Assembly: GCA_951406725.2 (NCBI GenBank)
Contig: OX597815.1
Coordinates: 150,660,001 to 150,724,000 of the forward strand
Source: Octopus vulgaris
Lineage: Eukaryota
Direction: 5' to 3'
DNA length: 64,000 nt
This document shows positions 13,513 to 27,418 of the stretch, in pieces. Made by a program: the position numbers and the translations under genes. The notes under the pieces were generated by a model. The model ran no database searches. It had not been told where the DNA came from and saw nothing but the letters and a program-made list of their open reading frames with translations. Positions within the stretch are counted from its first letter, which is position 1, and each line of letters begins with the position of its first letter.

Positions 13513-14294
13513 TCACACACCACATATACACATATGTATAAACACACTTACGCATAACCTGTGTGTAACAGCAAAACTAAGTTTAATAAGAAAGTGCTCC
13601 TCAGGGACTTGTTCTGTCATTTATATACTAGTACTCATTCGCAAAATATGTAAAAACGGTCACGATAAAGAATTAGAGGAAATTTGAATCAATACAAAAT
13701 AATTTGATAGAAATAAGGGTTAGTCTATGTGTTTAAGAAGTTTTCTTTGCACAGACATGGTTTCGACCCCCAGCTTGAGCAATTGTTTTCTGCTGTAGTA
13801 AAACAAAGAGCCTTGTGAATGAATTTGGTAGATAGAAACTGTGTACCTGACCCCCATATATATGTATTTGTGTAAGCATATATATATATGTCTGCATATA
13901 TATGTTGATATTCATGCAAATAGCTATAGATGCAGCCCTCTCTCTTTCTCCTTCTCTATCTTTCTCATTCTCTCTCTCTCTCTGTATATATATATATATA
14001 TAAAGTCGCATTTTTTTCGTTGTCACTGTCTAAAAGAAAAATAAGAGTTACTTCCCTTTCAGGATAAAGTTAATTTCGGAGACTTTTCCCATTACGCACC
14101 GTTTTGGGAATTTATACCTCGAAAACCTTTACTATCTTCACAACTAATTATCCGATATACAAGAAGTTTGTTACATTTCGCTCGTCGTTACTTTTCATGG
14201 GACCTTAGTTCATTGTATTTTCCCATTATGCGCCAGTTTGGCTGATTAACATTGCAAGCAAGCAAGGAAGATTCAATCTGACTTTTAATGTATG

Positions 14295-14370
<76 letters not shown>

Positions 14371-14372
14371 TA

Positions 14373-14693
14373 TGGCACTCCGTCGGTTACGACACCGAGG
14401 GATCCAGTTGGTCCAATCAAAGGAACATCCTGCTCTTGAATAGTTCTCAGGGAGATTCAGCGTGACACAGGGTGTGAGAAGGCATTAAAATACAGGCATA
14501 ACAGAAACAGGAAAGCGTGAGAGAAAGTTGCGGTGAAAGTGTACAGCAGGGTTCACTACCACCCAAAGCCAGAGCTTCGTGGAGCCTTAGATGTTTTTGC
14601 TCAATAAACACTCACAACACCCGGTCTGGGAATCGAAACGGTGATGCTATGACCGCGAGTCCACTGCCCTAAGCACTAGGCCATTGTGCCTCC
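14373..14693 (-). mobile_element. SINE family A copy with internal deletions
   Basis: Reverse complement of the 2399-2782 family. Confidence 0.85.
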
Positions 14694-14727
14694 ACACACA
14701 CACAAACATATATATATATATATATAT

Positions 14728-16520
14728 GATTTGATTTTGATTTTGATTTTTCCAGTTTCAGCTAATGAGCTGTGGCCATGCTGGGGCATCGCCATTTGGT
14801 TTGCTACACGATTTTACCTCACGGATGCTTTTTAGCAAACGCCATCTGATGCATGAGAGAGTTCGATGCAGCTGCCCTCATCTGCACCTCCTGCCGTGAA
14901 GTTGGTTCATCCGGGACACCTGACAGGAAGAGGTCCAGTCCTACTTTAAAGACATCCGTATCTACACCATGCAGGTCCCTTAGGTTCTTCGGGAGGATAT
15001 TGAAGAGCCGTGGGCCTCTGAAGCCCAGGCTATCACAGCATCTTGTCCTACATCTTGATGGCAAATTTGGAGTCCTTGGTACTACGCAGTGGCGTCCTGT
15101 TCTGGCATTTGTGTGACTCTCGATGCCAAAGTCTGGGACAAGACCTTCCAGGATCTTCCAGATATATATTATGGCATATCTTTCTCGCCTACGCTCCAGG
15201 GAATAGAGCTTTAATCTCTTGAGTCTTTCCCAGTAGCTCATATGCTGCACAGAGGCTATCTTCTTCGTGTAGCTTCGTTGGATCGCCTCAAGTTCTGTGA
15301 TCAACTTGACACTGGATGGTGACCATAGCTGAGAGCAATAGTCAAAGTGGCTTAGGACAAGTGTCTTCCAGAGGACCATCATGGTTTCTTGTTCTCTTGT
15401 TCTACAGGTTCTAAGAATCCATCCATCCAGCCGTCTACATTTCATTGTCAGTTTAGCAACATGTACATGAAAGGTCGCGTCATCACTCATGTGAATACCC
15501 AGGTCACGCACTGATTGTGCCTCTGGGATTGCAATCCCTCCGGGTCCAGTGTATTCATTGGGTATTGCATTCAGTTTTGCATGCTGATAGTATAAAACTT
15601 GAAACTTTTCAGCATTGAACTGCATGCTATTCTTTTCAGCCCACTTTTATATTTCGTCCAGCTCACATTGCAGGTGCTTAGTGTCTTCAGGGTTCTGTAT
15701 TGCCTGTGAAACTTTTGTATCATCTGCATAACTTGTGATCGTGGTTCTCTGCATGGCTGAGGGCATGGCTGAGGGCATGTCTGAGAGGGCCATTATGAAC
15801 AGTAGTGGTCCCAAAACAGTGCCCTGCGGAACACTGCTCACTATTTGCGTGTTAATGGAAGTGGCCCCATTGGCTGCTACCACCTGACTTCTATTCTTCA
15901 GAAAGTCATGAAGCCATTCTCCCAGTTTTCCAACTATGCCAAGATCACGCAGTTTGTGACATATCATTCCATGATCGACTTTATCGAAGGCCTTTGCAAA
16001 GTCGAGATATATGACTTCCACATTTGAGTGGTTGAGCAGTTGTTTCAGCACCCAGTCATAGTGTTGTAGGAGCTGAGTTAAGCAGCTTCTTCCTGGTCGG
16101 AAACCATGTTGGGTGTCAGGCAGCAAGTCATTTTCTTCAAGGAAGGTGATTAGTTTCCTTCTAACTATTCGTTCCATGACCTTGCTGATGTGTGAGGTGA
16201 GAGAAATAGGTCTGTAGTTATTGGCCTCCGCTCTGCTACCTCCTTTATGAATAGGGCATATTTTACCTTCCTTCAGTTTTCTTGGAAGTTTGCCAGCTGC
16301 AAGGAAGCTCTGAAAGAGGAACTGCAGTGGTCTTGCTAGGACTCTCTTACATACTCTTAGGAGGATTGCCGGGAATCCATCGGGGCCAATAGCTGAGTCT
16401 GTTTTCATTTCATCTATAGCCTTTATTATATCGTCTTCCTTTATATCGATGTAATTTATCGTCGTCGCCTCTGATTTTATATCTGCAGTGGTAAAGATGT
16501 CAGTTGGATTGCTGATTTGG

Positions 16521-16523
<3 letters not shown>
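14728..16523 (-). mobile_element. 5'-truncated CR1-like LINE (RT, C-terminus, 3' UTR and (AAAATC)n tail)
   Basis: RT motifs [49 protein letters not shown] and YADD are present, followed by the CR1-type LYSLERRRER C-terminus. Confidence 0.95.
14819..16523 (-). pseudogene. CR1-like ORF2 reverse transcriptase with one in-frame TAA at 15647-15649
   Basis: ORFs 15647..16867 and 14819..15625 are in the same frame (DEI*KWAEKNSMQF). The sister copy at 46348 reads DKIYKW. A 12-bp duplication gives MPSAMPSA. The N-terminal YIYI part of the listed ORF is microsatellite. Confidence 0.9.
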
Positions 16524-16862
<339 letters not shown>

Positions 16863-17412
16863 ATCATAAAAGTTGAAGCACCTCAAAGGGCAATCACAAA
16901 AAAGATAGATGGCATGACAGGCCTCGACTATTGGGGTCGACTAGAAAAGCTAAAGCTTTATTCTCTCCAACGTCGTCGTGAGCGCTACATCATCTGCATG
17001 ATGTGGAAAATATTCCATCAGCATTGCCCAAATGATGTTGGCATCACCTTTAAGGTACATCCAAGGCTTGGGCCCCGTGCCATCCGCCCAAAACAAAAAT
17101 CGCACTCTCATCTCATAACAACAATACGGCACAATTATTTCACCTCAATTGGCCCCGCTCTCTTTAACATTACACCAAAACACATTAAAACAGAAACTGA
17201 CCCTATAGGGTTCAAGAAGTCTCTGGACAGATTCCTTCAAGAAATCCCGGATAAACCCCCTACACCCGGATATGTCTCTGTAAACAATAACTCTCTACTT
17301 GAGTGGGTCATAGTGCCCAAATTCTGACTTGAAAGACTTCACCAGGTGGTGCTATTAAGTTAGACATGGCCTGGGCCAATAATGGCCGAAACCTATCAAA
17401 GTATCAAAGTAT
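16863..17412 (+). mobile_element. 3' fragment of a second CR1-like LINE family
   Basis: [13 protein letters not shown]...[20 protein letters not shown]...[16 protein letters not shown], with a stop at 17327, a 3' stem-loop and a (TATCAAAG)2 tail. Confidence 0.9.
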
Positions 17413-18187
<775 letters not shown>

Positions 18188-18510
18188 AAGTTTGATTCCT
18201 GATAAACGCGTGTTTATCTTTGTCATTTCCTATAATCTATGAGCATAATGCGCTTGCATATGTATGTCCAGGGTTAACATATGTAATTATACCGGTAGTA
18301 TAATGGATAATTGTATCCCTTAAACGGTTATTGCAACCTCTAACTCTACTAACATATATATATTCAACTTACGATGAAAGTAAACAAAGTTTGTTTTCGA
18401 AGCGTTGAGATTTATTGAAAAATACAAAAATAATTATTTTTGTCAAACGCGTGATAATACTAATAGCGTGAACAGGATAAATTATACATACATTACGGAA
18501 AATACTTAAC

Positions 18511-18582
18511 TGGCAGCCATGAAACTCGAATTCACCTCTCTATGATTACGTGTCAAGTGCTTTACCATTAAGCTAAACTACC
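18511..18582 (-). pseudogene. tRNA-like sequence (anticodon position CGT, Thr-like), decayed, in the loop of an inverted repeat
   Basis: 72 nt with acceptor stem GGTAGTT/GGCTGCC+A, D arm GCTT..AAGC containing TGGT, loop CACGTAA and T arm GTGAA-TTCGAGT-TTCAT. The anticodon stem is mismatched. Flanking arms are 18445-18504 and 18630-18695. Confidence 0.65.
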
Positions 18583-18717
18583 CTGTAACGTATTCTTCTG
18601 CAGTTCTAGAACTTATAAATTTAGTAACATATTTTTCTGCAATGTATGGATAATTTATCCTGTTGACGCTATTTTATTAGCATTATCACGCGTTTCAGAA
18701 TAAAACAATTCATTCCT

Positions 18718-18800
<83 letters not shown>

Positions 18801-19528
18801 GGTGGGCGTATGTGCGTATGAATATATGTGTATTTTTTAGACATGTATAGACTTTTTATATACGTATCATGTACATGTATATGTATCTCTGTATATCTAC
18901 ATATACATCCTTTCGGATTAGATAAACTAAGTACCAGTGATATTCTGGGTTCTCCCCCAGAACTTCAGACCTTGTGACTATAATACAATGGACTATTAGT
19001 CAGAAATATATCAGATTTGAATATTAAATACATTTTAAGTTGTAGTTAACATTTATGAGTCGATTAATATGGACCTGGCAACAAGTAACCACATTTCTCT
19101 TTCTTTTATTTTCCATTCAACTACAATTTCTTTTTCGTTATAGCTTGTCACGCTACTTGAAATTGCAACAAAATTTGGTGTAACAAAAAACTGGTGGCGG
19201 GAGGGAACCCTAATATATTAACGCTTACATGCAGATATCAAAAATCAAGGATGGTGATTTAGCCTCCGGGATCAATGTATTGAATGAGCATCAGCAAAAT
19301 TCTGGAGTTAATTCACTTGGATACATACGCAGCCCTGCTAAAAATTGGGGTCGGCCCTTTGCAAAAAAAACCCAGTTTTTGATCAAGTTAATTGAAATCG
19401 TATAAGTTTACTACACGACAACAATATAAACAAGATTGCAAGAACACTAGTTTGTTTCAATCAGATATGTGTGTGTATGTATGCGTGTATGTGTTCGTGT
19501 GTGCATGTATATGCATATATATGTGTGT

Positions 19529-19579
<51 letters not shown>

Positions 19580-19672
19580 GCGTGTGTTAAGGCCCTAATA
19601 CACAAACATTAATCAAATATTAATCTTGTTCTACCGGTGTTGAGCAATTATTATCACTGTTCGATATTTACT

Positions 19673-19738
<66 letters not shown>

Positions 19739-19832
19739 ATATTAATTAGAGACAAAACCACTATTTTGCAAATCAAACAAGGAAAGACTTAATCAATACA
19801 TAAAAAAATTTTAATATAAAGTAAATAAATCG

Positions 19833-19876
19833 CCACTACAATTGTTTCCTGTCTTCAAATGACATTCATCAGGTGG
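19833..19876 (-). ncRNA. Minimal type I hammerhead ribozyme (inverted pLTR copy)
   Basis: Exact reverse complement of 24053-24096. Confidence 0.8.
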
Positions 19877-20514
19877 ATTTCATATCTAAAAATATCAATA
19901 TTTTAAAAAATAAATTTAAAATGGCTAAAACTATAAATAATATAAATTTATCAATGAAAAAATATAAAAATATATAATCTATATATAATCTATATATAAT
20001 CTATATATAATATAATCAAGAACTAAAATAACCTCTATAAACAATTGAATATAAAGAGACCTATTATTAAAGTTCTCATATTTAAAGATGAAGAATCTAA
20101 TTTCAAAAAACAAAAAACAAAATACAAAAAACAAAAAATAAAAAACAAAAAAACAAAAATAAAAATAAACTATATATACACACATGCTCATACACATATA
20201 TCTAAGTATATATAAACATATCTAAATACATACACTAACTCACACACCCATATATATCTCTATACATACACATAAACATCTAGGCAACGATAAATTAATA
20301 AAATAGCCAAATACTTCAATACATTACTTATTCATACTCCCTCACACACACATACAACCCTCATTCATAAACACACTCACTCTGCATGACAACCACACAA
20401 CCAGCATCCGCATATACTCAACCACAGTAATATAAACATTTCATTCTTAGCAAGAAACTACCAAATACCAAATACCACATATATACCACAACAATACATA
20501 AATACTTAAACCAA

Positions 20515-20700
20515 ACACACACACACACATATCCAAATACCACATGCATTCAACAAACATACACAAATACGCAAACAAACACACACACATATCCAAATAC
20601 CACATGCATGCAACAAACATACACACACACATATCCAAATACCACATGCATGCAACAAACATACACAAATACGCAAACAAACACACACACACACACATTT
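20515..20700. repeat. Minisatellite (three imperfect units containing ACACATATCCAAATACCACATGCA) inside the Penelope-like element
   Basis: Direct repeats at about 20525, 20585 and 20627. Confidence 0.85.
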
Positions 20701-21931
20701 ACACATACATAAACACTCAAAAGAAAAACAACATTTCTACACATAAACAATGCACACCCACACACATTCACACACTATCACTCTCATACAACCGCATTCC
20801 TACCGCCACTCCAACACAGATGAGTAACAAATTTAGCAGATACATACTCTCAGCCACTTACATACAGTAATATTCCCTACTCAGCAATATACTATTAAAA
20901 AACCCCAACACCACTCTAAAACAAACTTATGAATGTGAATAATAACTTATATTGAGTTATTCTATTAATAAATCATTTAAAAACAGACCTATCTATTTAT
21001 CAAAGTATGTCTAAATTATTGATAATTAATAACAAAGAAAATACGATAAATAGAACACTCCATAAACAACAAGATTAACATAAGCAACAAGATTAACATA
21101 AGGAGAAAAAAATACATACCTTCTATTCAATTTTAAAGTTATGAAGTGAATTTAAAGTCTAACCGTTATAACTTTTACAAAATTACGTTACCATAGAAAT
21201 ATAAGTAGAACATATTTATAATAAATTCTCTGCGCGTTATGAACGAACGTTATTTAAAAATTATGAATGGAATAGAATGGAATAATATGTTAATAAACGT
21301 AATTAGACAGAATTTACTATAAAATTCTTTAATAAAACAATCATGATAAACGAAACCCATATATACATATAATGATAAAACCTCCCTTTAACCAAACACA
21401 ATAACATAGCTATATAGCATACCCTATTCTATACATTCACATACAAATACACACACGTATAACACACACCCACAACATATACATATACCCACTCACACAT
21501 ACATATACATACTTACAAAACTCGATATATACACCAATATATTCACACCCACACCAATATATATTAATAAATAAATATATATACATACATAAATATATAT
21601 ATATACATTTATACACTCACACATATCATCAAATACACATATATATAAAATACACAGATTCACAAAAAAATAAATAAATGAATATTTATTATATGTATAT
21701 ATGAGTGTGTACACTCAAACGGGTGCAATCTCACGCACAATCAAACATGCATGTATACAAGTGCATACACAAGCACACACTTTTACATAGCGCTCATGCA
21801 CTCCATCTACACATGCACTTATACACGCGCACACGTGCACACACACCCATGCACATGCATATTCACGGACACCCTCCTAAACATCTAAATATACGTATAT
21901 ATGGTTACAGACAATACCCAAATAAAATAAA

Positions 21932-22520
21932 ACTACCAATTTTGGAGTAGGTTATTCCACCACTAATAATGTAGGTAACATTATTTCTTCATTTAATAAA
22001 TTTAAACTGAATAATTTTTATAAAAATAAATTATTTAATAATACTAATAATAAAGATAAGACATATATTAATTGTACTTGTAGAGATAAATCTAAATGTA
22101 AATTAAATAATAAATGTGATATTAACGATGTAGTGTATAAATGTATAGTTACATTACATGATAATAATTTTAAGAATAATAATTACCCAAAAGCGGTTTA
22201 TATAGGGTCTACTTCCTCTAAAATAAAATTAAGAATCGCACAACATCTGAATTCTTTTAAAAATAAAAATTTAATCAACTCCACTGGACTTAGTAAGTAC
22301 ATTTGGAGACTTAAATCACAAAATATTAATTATAGTTTATCTTGGGAAATAATTTGTAAAACTAAATCATATACTATAGGAGCGAATTTTTGTTATTTAT
22401 GCTCTAATGAGTTTAAGGAAATTTTATTTTATAAGTATGATAATTTACTTAATACAGGTTAAGAGCGCAAAATAAAATGCAGACATAGGTTACTTTACCT
22501 ATATAATAAGTTTCATGATA
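21932..22520 (+). pseudogene. Penelope-like GIY-YIG endonuclease domain with Cys-rich linker
   Basis: The frame reads GVGYSTTNNVGNII...NCTCRDKSKCKLNNKC...VVYKC...VYIGSTS..IKLRIAQHLNSF...STGLSKYIWRLK...CYLCSNE...LLNTG*ERKIKCRH, with a premature TAA at 22460-22462. Confidence 0.85.
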
Positions 22521-22829
22521 AATAATTATTTTTAATAACATTAATAGCTCCCTATTAAAGGTTACTTTAGTATATTAATTTTATGTTTAGAGTACCATTA
22601 TAATTCTTTAGTTATGTAGTTTAGGTTTTATTTATAGTTAGGATTTCATTGGTATTTCTTTGTATTAATTAATTTATTATTAATGTATATTAATATATAA
22701 ATGTTTATGGAATATTGACTCTGGTAAGTTAAAACTTTATTTATATTATATTTATTTTATTTTATTTATTTATTTATTTATTTTTATATATATATATATA
22801 TTATATGTATATATGTGGATATATATTAT

Positions 22830-23330
22830 TTATGGATTAATATTATAAAGTATATCATCTGGAACAATTTTATATTTTTTTATTATTTCTTTCCCTAAAA
22901 GTTTATCATATAATTTAACATCTAATTTATATAGATTCCTAGTTTTATCAGATTGTACTATAATACCATCCAAATTTCTCATATCTTTAATTCTAATTGC
23001 TAAATTTCTTAAATATTCATTATTTCTATTTGGGTATTTATGGAATTCAATATTTTTTACTACCTTCCATATATTATCTTCTAGTAATTGTAAGTCTTTA
23101 TTAAATGGAGGTTCCTTTCTAGATTTAAATTTAGAGGTGAAATTATCATTCCTACTATCATTATCATTAAGTAAATAAAAATTATAGAAATAAGCTTTCC
23201 ATTTAATTCTAGAAATAAAACCTTTAACATTATTAATAAGTTTCAAAATAAATTCCTTTCTAGAAGGTATAGGAATATCTTTCAAAGATGAATCCCAAAA
23301 TAGCGGTTCTATCTTACCTGTAAATTCCAT
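22830..23330 (-). pseudogene. Penelope-like ORF N-terminal region (inverted relative to RT and EN)
   Basis: SLKDIPIPS...FISRIKWKAYFY...F.SRKEPP...IVQSDKTRNLY. The DK(T/G) motif precedes the RT in Penelope-like elements. An ATG at 23330 follows pLTR-end sequence (~23385-23450 is the reverse complement of ~24211-24278). Confidence 0.8.
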
Positions 23331-23444
23331 AATTTACGAAATTGAGGTATTACACTCAATATACAAAATTATCAATATATTAAATAATAATAAATATCAG
23401 GGAATAAATCCAAATTTACAGGGGAAAATCAGATTTAGGATTGA

Positions 23445-23880
23445 ATCCAAGTAAATTTATTTTAGATAAATATATTAATAAATTAAATAAACTTAATTAT
23501 TTAAAATTATGGTTTAGTAATAACAATACATTGAAATGGTTTAATAATATTAAAGATAAAAATCGTTATAAATTTATTCAAATAGATATAGATAATTATT
23601 ATTATTCTATTAATGAAATTGTGTTTAATAAGGCCCTTATTTTCGCAATGAATAAAGTGGGAATGTCATTTGAAGAAGTTAATGTAATTAAAATGGCTAG
23701 GACATCGCTAATTAAATATAAAAATAAATTATGGGCTAGGAAAGATACTAGGGATTGTTTTGATATACCTATGGGAGCACCAGATTCTGCACAAGCTACA
23801 GATTTAGTAGGTATTTTTCTTTTATCTGAACTCCAATTAGAAAATTTTAAGATAGAGGGTGGTTTATATAGAGATGATCT
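23445..23880 (+). pseudogene. Penelope-like reverse transcriptase fragment, truncated just after YRDD
   Basis: FIQIDIDNYYYSI, FDIPMGAPDSA and GLYRDD motifs, followed by an abrupt junction to the pLTR at 23880. Confidence 0.88.
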
Positions 23881-24052
23881 TCAATTGTTTATAGAGGTTA
23901 TTTTAGTTCTTGATTATATTATATATAGATTATATATAGATTATATATAGATTATATATTTTTATATTTTTTCATTGATAAATTTATATTATTTATAGTT
24001 TTAGCCATTTTAAATTTATTTTTTAAAATATTGATATTTTTAGATATGAAAT

Positions 24053-24096
24053 CCACCTGATGAATGTCATTTGAAGACAGGAAACAATTGTAGTGG
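24053..24096 (+). ncRNA. Minimal type I hammerhead ribozyme, core intact
   Basis: CCAC-CTGATGA-A-TGTC-atttgaa-GACA-G-GAAA-CAATTG-TA-GTGG. Stem I is CCAC/GTGG, stem III is the palindrome ACAATTGT, and predicted cleavage is after GUA at 24092. Confidence 0.82.
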
Positions 24097-25050
24097 CGAT
24101 TTATTTACTTTATATTAAAATTTTTTTATGTATTGATTAAGTCTTTCCTTGTTTGATTTGCAAAATAGTGGTTTTGTCTCTAATTAATATTATATAATAT
24201 TTTACTATAAAATTGGATTCAATCCTAAATCTGATTTTTCCCTGTAAATTTGGATTTATTCCCTAATATTTATTATTATATATATACATATATATACAAA
24301 TTAAGTACCTGTTCCGTATTACGGCCGATCTAATCGACTGCCCCGCCTCCCGCAAAATTTCAGGCTTTGTGCTCAGATTGAAAAAGAGTAACTCACTGAT
24401 AGACATTTCCGATCACACTGTCTTAAAAGAATTGACACTTTCATATATTCACCATTTTGCCTTTCTATGCTCATATCTATGTAGGAAAACGTATCAATAA
24501 TTTAATTTCACCGAGAACTATCAGTACAATTCCCCTTCTCCCTGATTTTTCTGCAGTTTTACCCCCTAATGAACAATATTCATTTCACAACACTTTATAT
24601 AAATGTAATCTTTCACACCTTACGTTTTCAGCTCTAAAGTTTTACACGTTACTCTCGATATAGAAGGTTTTTACCGACGCCATAACTGCATCTCTTTCTT
24701 AGCTATACATATATGTTTCAGATTTTTCTAAATTTTATTAATTTTTATACACTCACTATTTTTAGGTTCCTATGACAAATAATTCACTCCTAAAAAACTT
24801 ACTGCCTATGCCACTTACAACACTTTTTCACTAAATGCAATATTGAAAAATTCCACATATACAAAGAACATATATTTTATGGACACTTGAGAAAATCTTT
24901 GAATGAATTTTCTGAAGATCACTTGGCTTATCCATAAGAAAAAATTGAAATAACGAAGCATATCACCATGCACACACCCATGTATACGCATGCATACATG
25001 TATGTACGTATGTGTTTACATATGAGGATGTATACACACACACACACACA

Positions 25051-25124
<74 letters not shown>

Positions 25125-25206
25125 CATATATGTAGTAAAGTCACGAGAAAAACATGTAGGATCAATAAGATATCTATTATGTGTGTGTATAATAATAGTA
25201 TATATA

Positions 25207-25608
25207 GGCGCAGGATTGGCTGCGTCGTAAGTAGATGGCTTACCAACTACATGCTTCCGAGTTCAGTCCCACTGCGTGGCACCTTGGGTAATTGTCTTCT
25301 GCTATAGCCTTAGGCCAACCAAAGCCTTGTGAGTGTATGTGGTTGATGTGTATACATATATATATGTGTGCGTGTGTATACATATATATATGTGTGTGTT
25401 TCTGTGTCTCTGTTTGCCTGCCTCCACCGCTTCACAACTGATGTTGGGGTGTTTACGTCCCCGTAACTTAACGGTTCGGCAAAACGGGCCGATAGAATAA
25501 GTCATAAGTACTAGGCTTACAAAGAATGAGTTGTGGGGTCGATTTATTCCACTAAAAAGGCGGTGCTCCAGCATGACAGCAGTCAAATGACTGAAACAAG
25601 TAAAAGAA
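25207..25608 (+). mobile_element. tRNA-derived SINE, family B (GGCGCAGGAGTGGCTG-type head, CR1-like tail); duplicated at 26484-26885
   Basis: A/B-box-like head, internal (TA)/(TG) tract and a GGCGGTGCTCCAGCATG..CAGTCAAATGACTGAAAC tail. Confidence 0.9.
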
Positions 25609-25688
25609 TACATATAAAGTTACATATCTACAAATATATATCAATATACATATGCACACATATATACAATATATTGTATATGCGAACA

Positions 25689-25730
<42 letters not shown>

Positions 25731-25731
<1 letters not shown>

Positions 25732-25880
25732 TAGCTGACCCTGTGTCGTCAAATATGACGGCTACTTGTAGTATTTTATCTATACATAAGGTACAAAATA
25801 ACGTACATAATAATCACACATACAAACATTCATATGCTTCCCTTATAGTTGAAATGCTGTTTGGCTTTTCTTTTCACCGT
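25731..25880 (-). mobile_element. Probable non-autonomous Helitron 3' end; duplicated at 27008
   Basis: The minus strand ends in CTAG followed by T, preceded by a hairpin (plus-strand GTCGTCA-AATA-TGACGGC). Confidence 0.55.
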
Positions 25881-25911
25881 TGAATATTCACAATCCAACT
25901 TCCATTACACA

Positions 25912-25944
<33 letters not shown>

Positions 25945-26323
25945 TCAAACATTCACATGACTCCCTTTTACACACGCGCGAACACACACACACACATTCT
26001 CGCGCAGAGTTGAAACGCTGTTTGCTTTTATTTCTATCGTTTTTTTTTCTTACTCTATTTTCTGTTACTCTGTATTTGCCATGATTGATCGCTAGCCACT
26101 TTTTCACTAAATGCTATTGAAAAATTCCACATATACAAAGAACATATATTTTATGGACACTTGAGAAAATCTTTGAATGAATTTTCTGAAGATCACTTGG
26201 CTTATCCATAAGAAAAAATTGAAATAACGAAGCATATCACCATGCACACACCCATGTATACGCATGCATACATGTATGTACGTATGTGTTTACATATGAG
26301 GATGTATACACACACACACACAC

Positions 26324-26401
<78 letters not shown>

Positions 26402-26965
26402 CATATATGTAGTAAAGTCACGAGAAAAACATGTAGGATCAATAAGATATCTATTATGTGTGTGTATAATAATAGTATATATAGGCGCAGGATTGGCTGC
26501 GTCGTAAGTAGATGGCTTACCAACTACATGCTTCCGAGTTCAGTCCCACTGCGTGGCACCTTGGGTAATTGTCTTCTGCTATAGCCTTAGGCCAACCAAA
26601 GCCTTGTGAGTGTATGTGGTTGATGTGTATACATATATATATGAGTGCGTGTGTATACATATATATATGTGTGTGTTTCTGTGTCTCTGTTTGCCTCCCT
26701 CCACCGCTTCACAACTGATGTTGGGGTGTTTACGTCCCCGTAACTTAACGGTTCGGCAAAACGGGCCGATAGAATAAGTCATAAGTACTAGGCTTACAAA
26801 GAATGAGTTGTGGGGTCGATTTATTCCACTAAAAAGGCGGTGCTCCAGCATGACAGCAGTCAAATGACTGAAACAAGTAAAAGAATACATATAAAGTTAC
26901 ATATCTACAAATATATATCAATATACATATGCACACATATATACAATATATTGTATATGCGAACA

Positions 26966-27008
<43 letters not shown>

Positions 27009-27188
27009 TAGCTGACCCTGTGTCGTCAAATATGACGGCTACTTGTAGTATTTTATCTATACATAAGGTACAAAATAACGTACATAATAATCACACATAC
27101 AAACATTCATATGCTTCCCTTATAGTTGAAATGCTGTTTGGCTTTTCTTTTCACCGTTGAATATTCACAATCCAACTTCCATTACACA

Positions 27189-27221
<33 letters not shown>

Positions 27222-27418
27222 TCAAACATTCACATGACTCCTTTACACACGCGCGAACACACACACACACATTCTCGCGCAGAGTTGAAACGCTGTTTGC
27301 TTTTATTTCCTTATCGTTTTTTTTCTTACTCTATTTTCTGTTACTCTGTATTTGCCATGATTGATCGCTAGCCACTAAAACTTTTTTTTATTTTCTCTTC
27401 CTGTTTATTTCTGTGTTC

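Larger units (their letters stand above)
19736..24280. mobile_element. Rearranged Penelope-like retroelement (Naiad-type) with inverted pLTRs
   Basis: 314-bp inverted repeat at 19736-20049 / 23880-24193. It contains a GIY-YIG segment (+), an N-terminal ORF segment (-) and an RT segment (+), with a hammerhead in each pLTR. Confidence 0.9.
24821..27376 (+). repeat. Tandem duplication, 1276-bp period
   Basis: 24821-26096 and 26097-27372 are nearly identical. CACT is present at all three boundaries. Confidence 0.95.

Noticed and set aside
22460-22462. In-frame stop in the Naiad-like GIY-YIG domain as possible selenocysteine recoding
   Set aside because: The codon is TAA, not TGA, and all aligned Cys positions are ordinary TGT/TGC codons.
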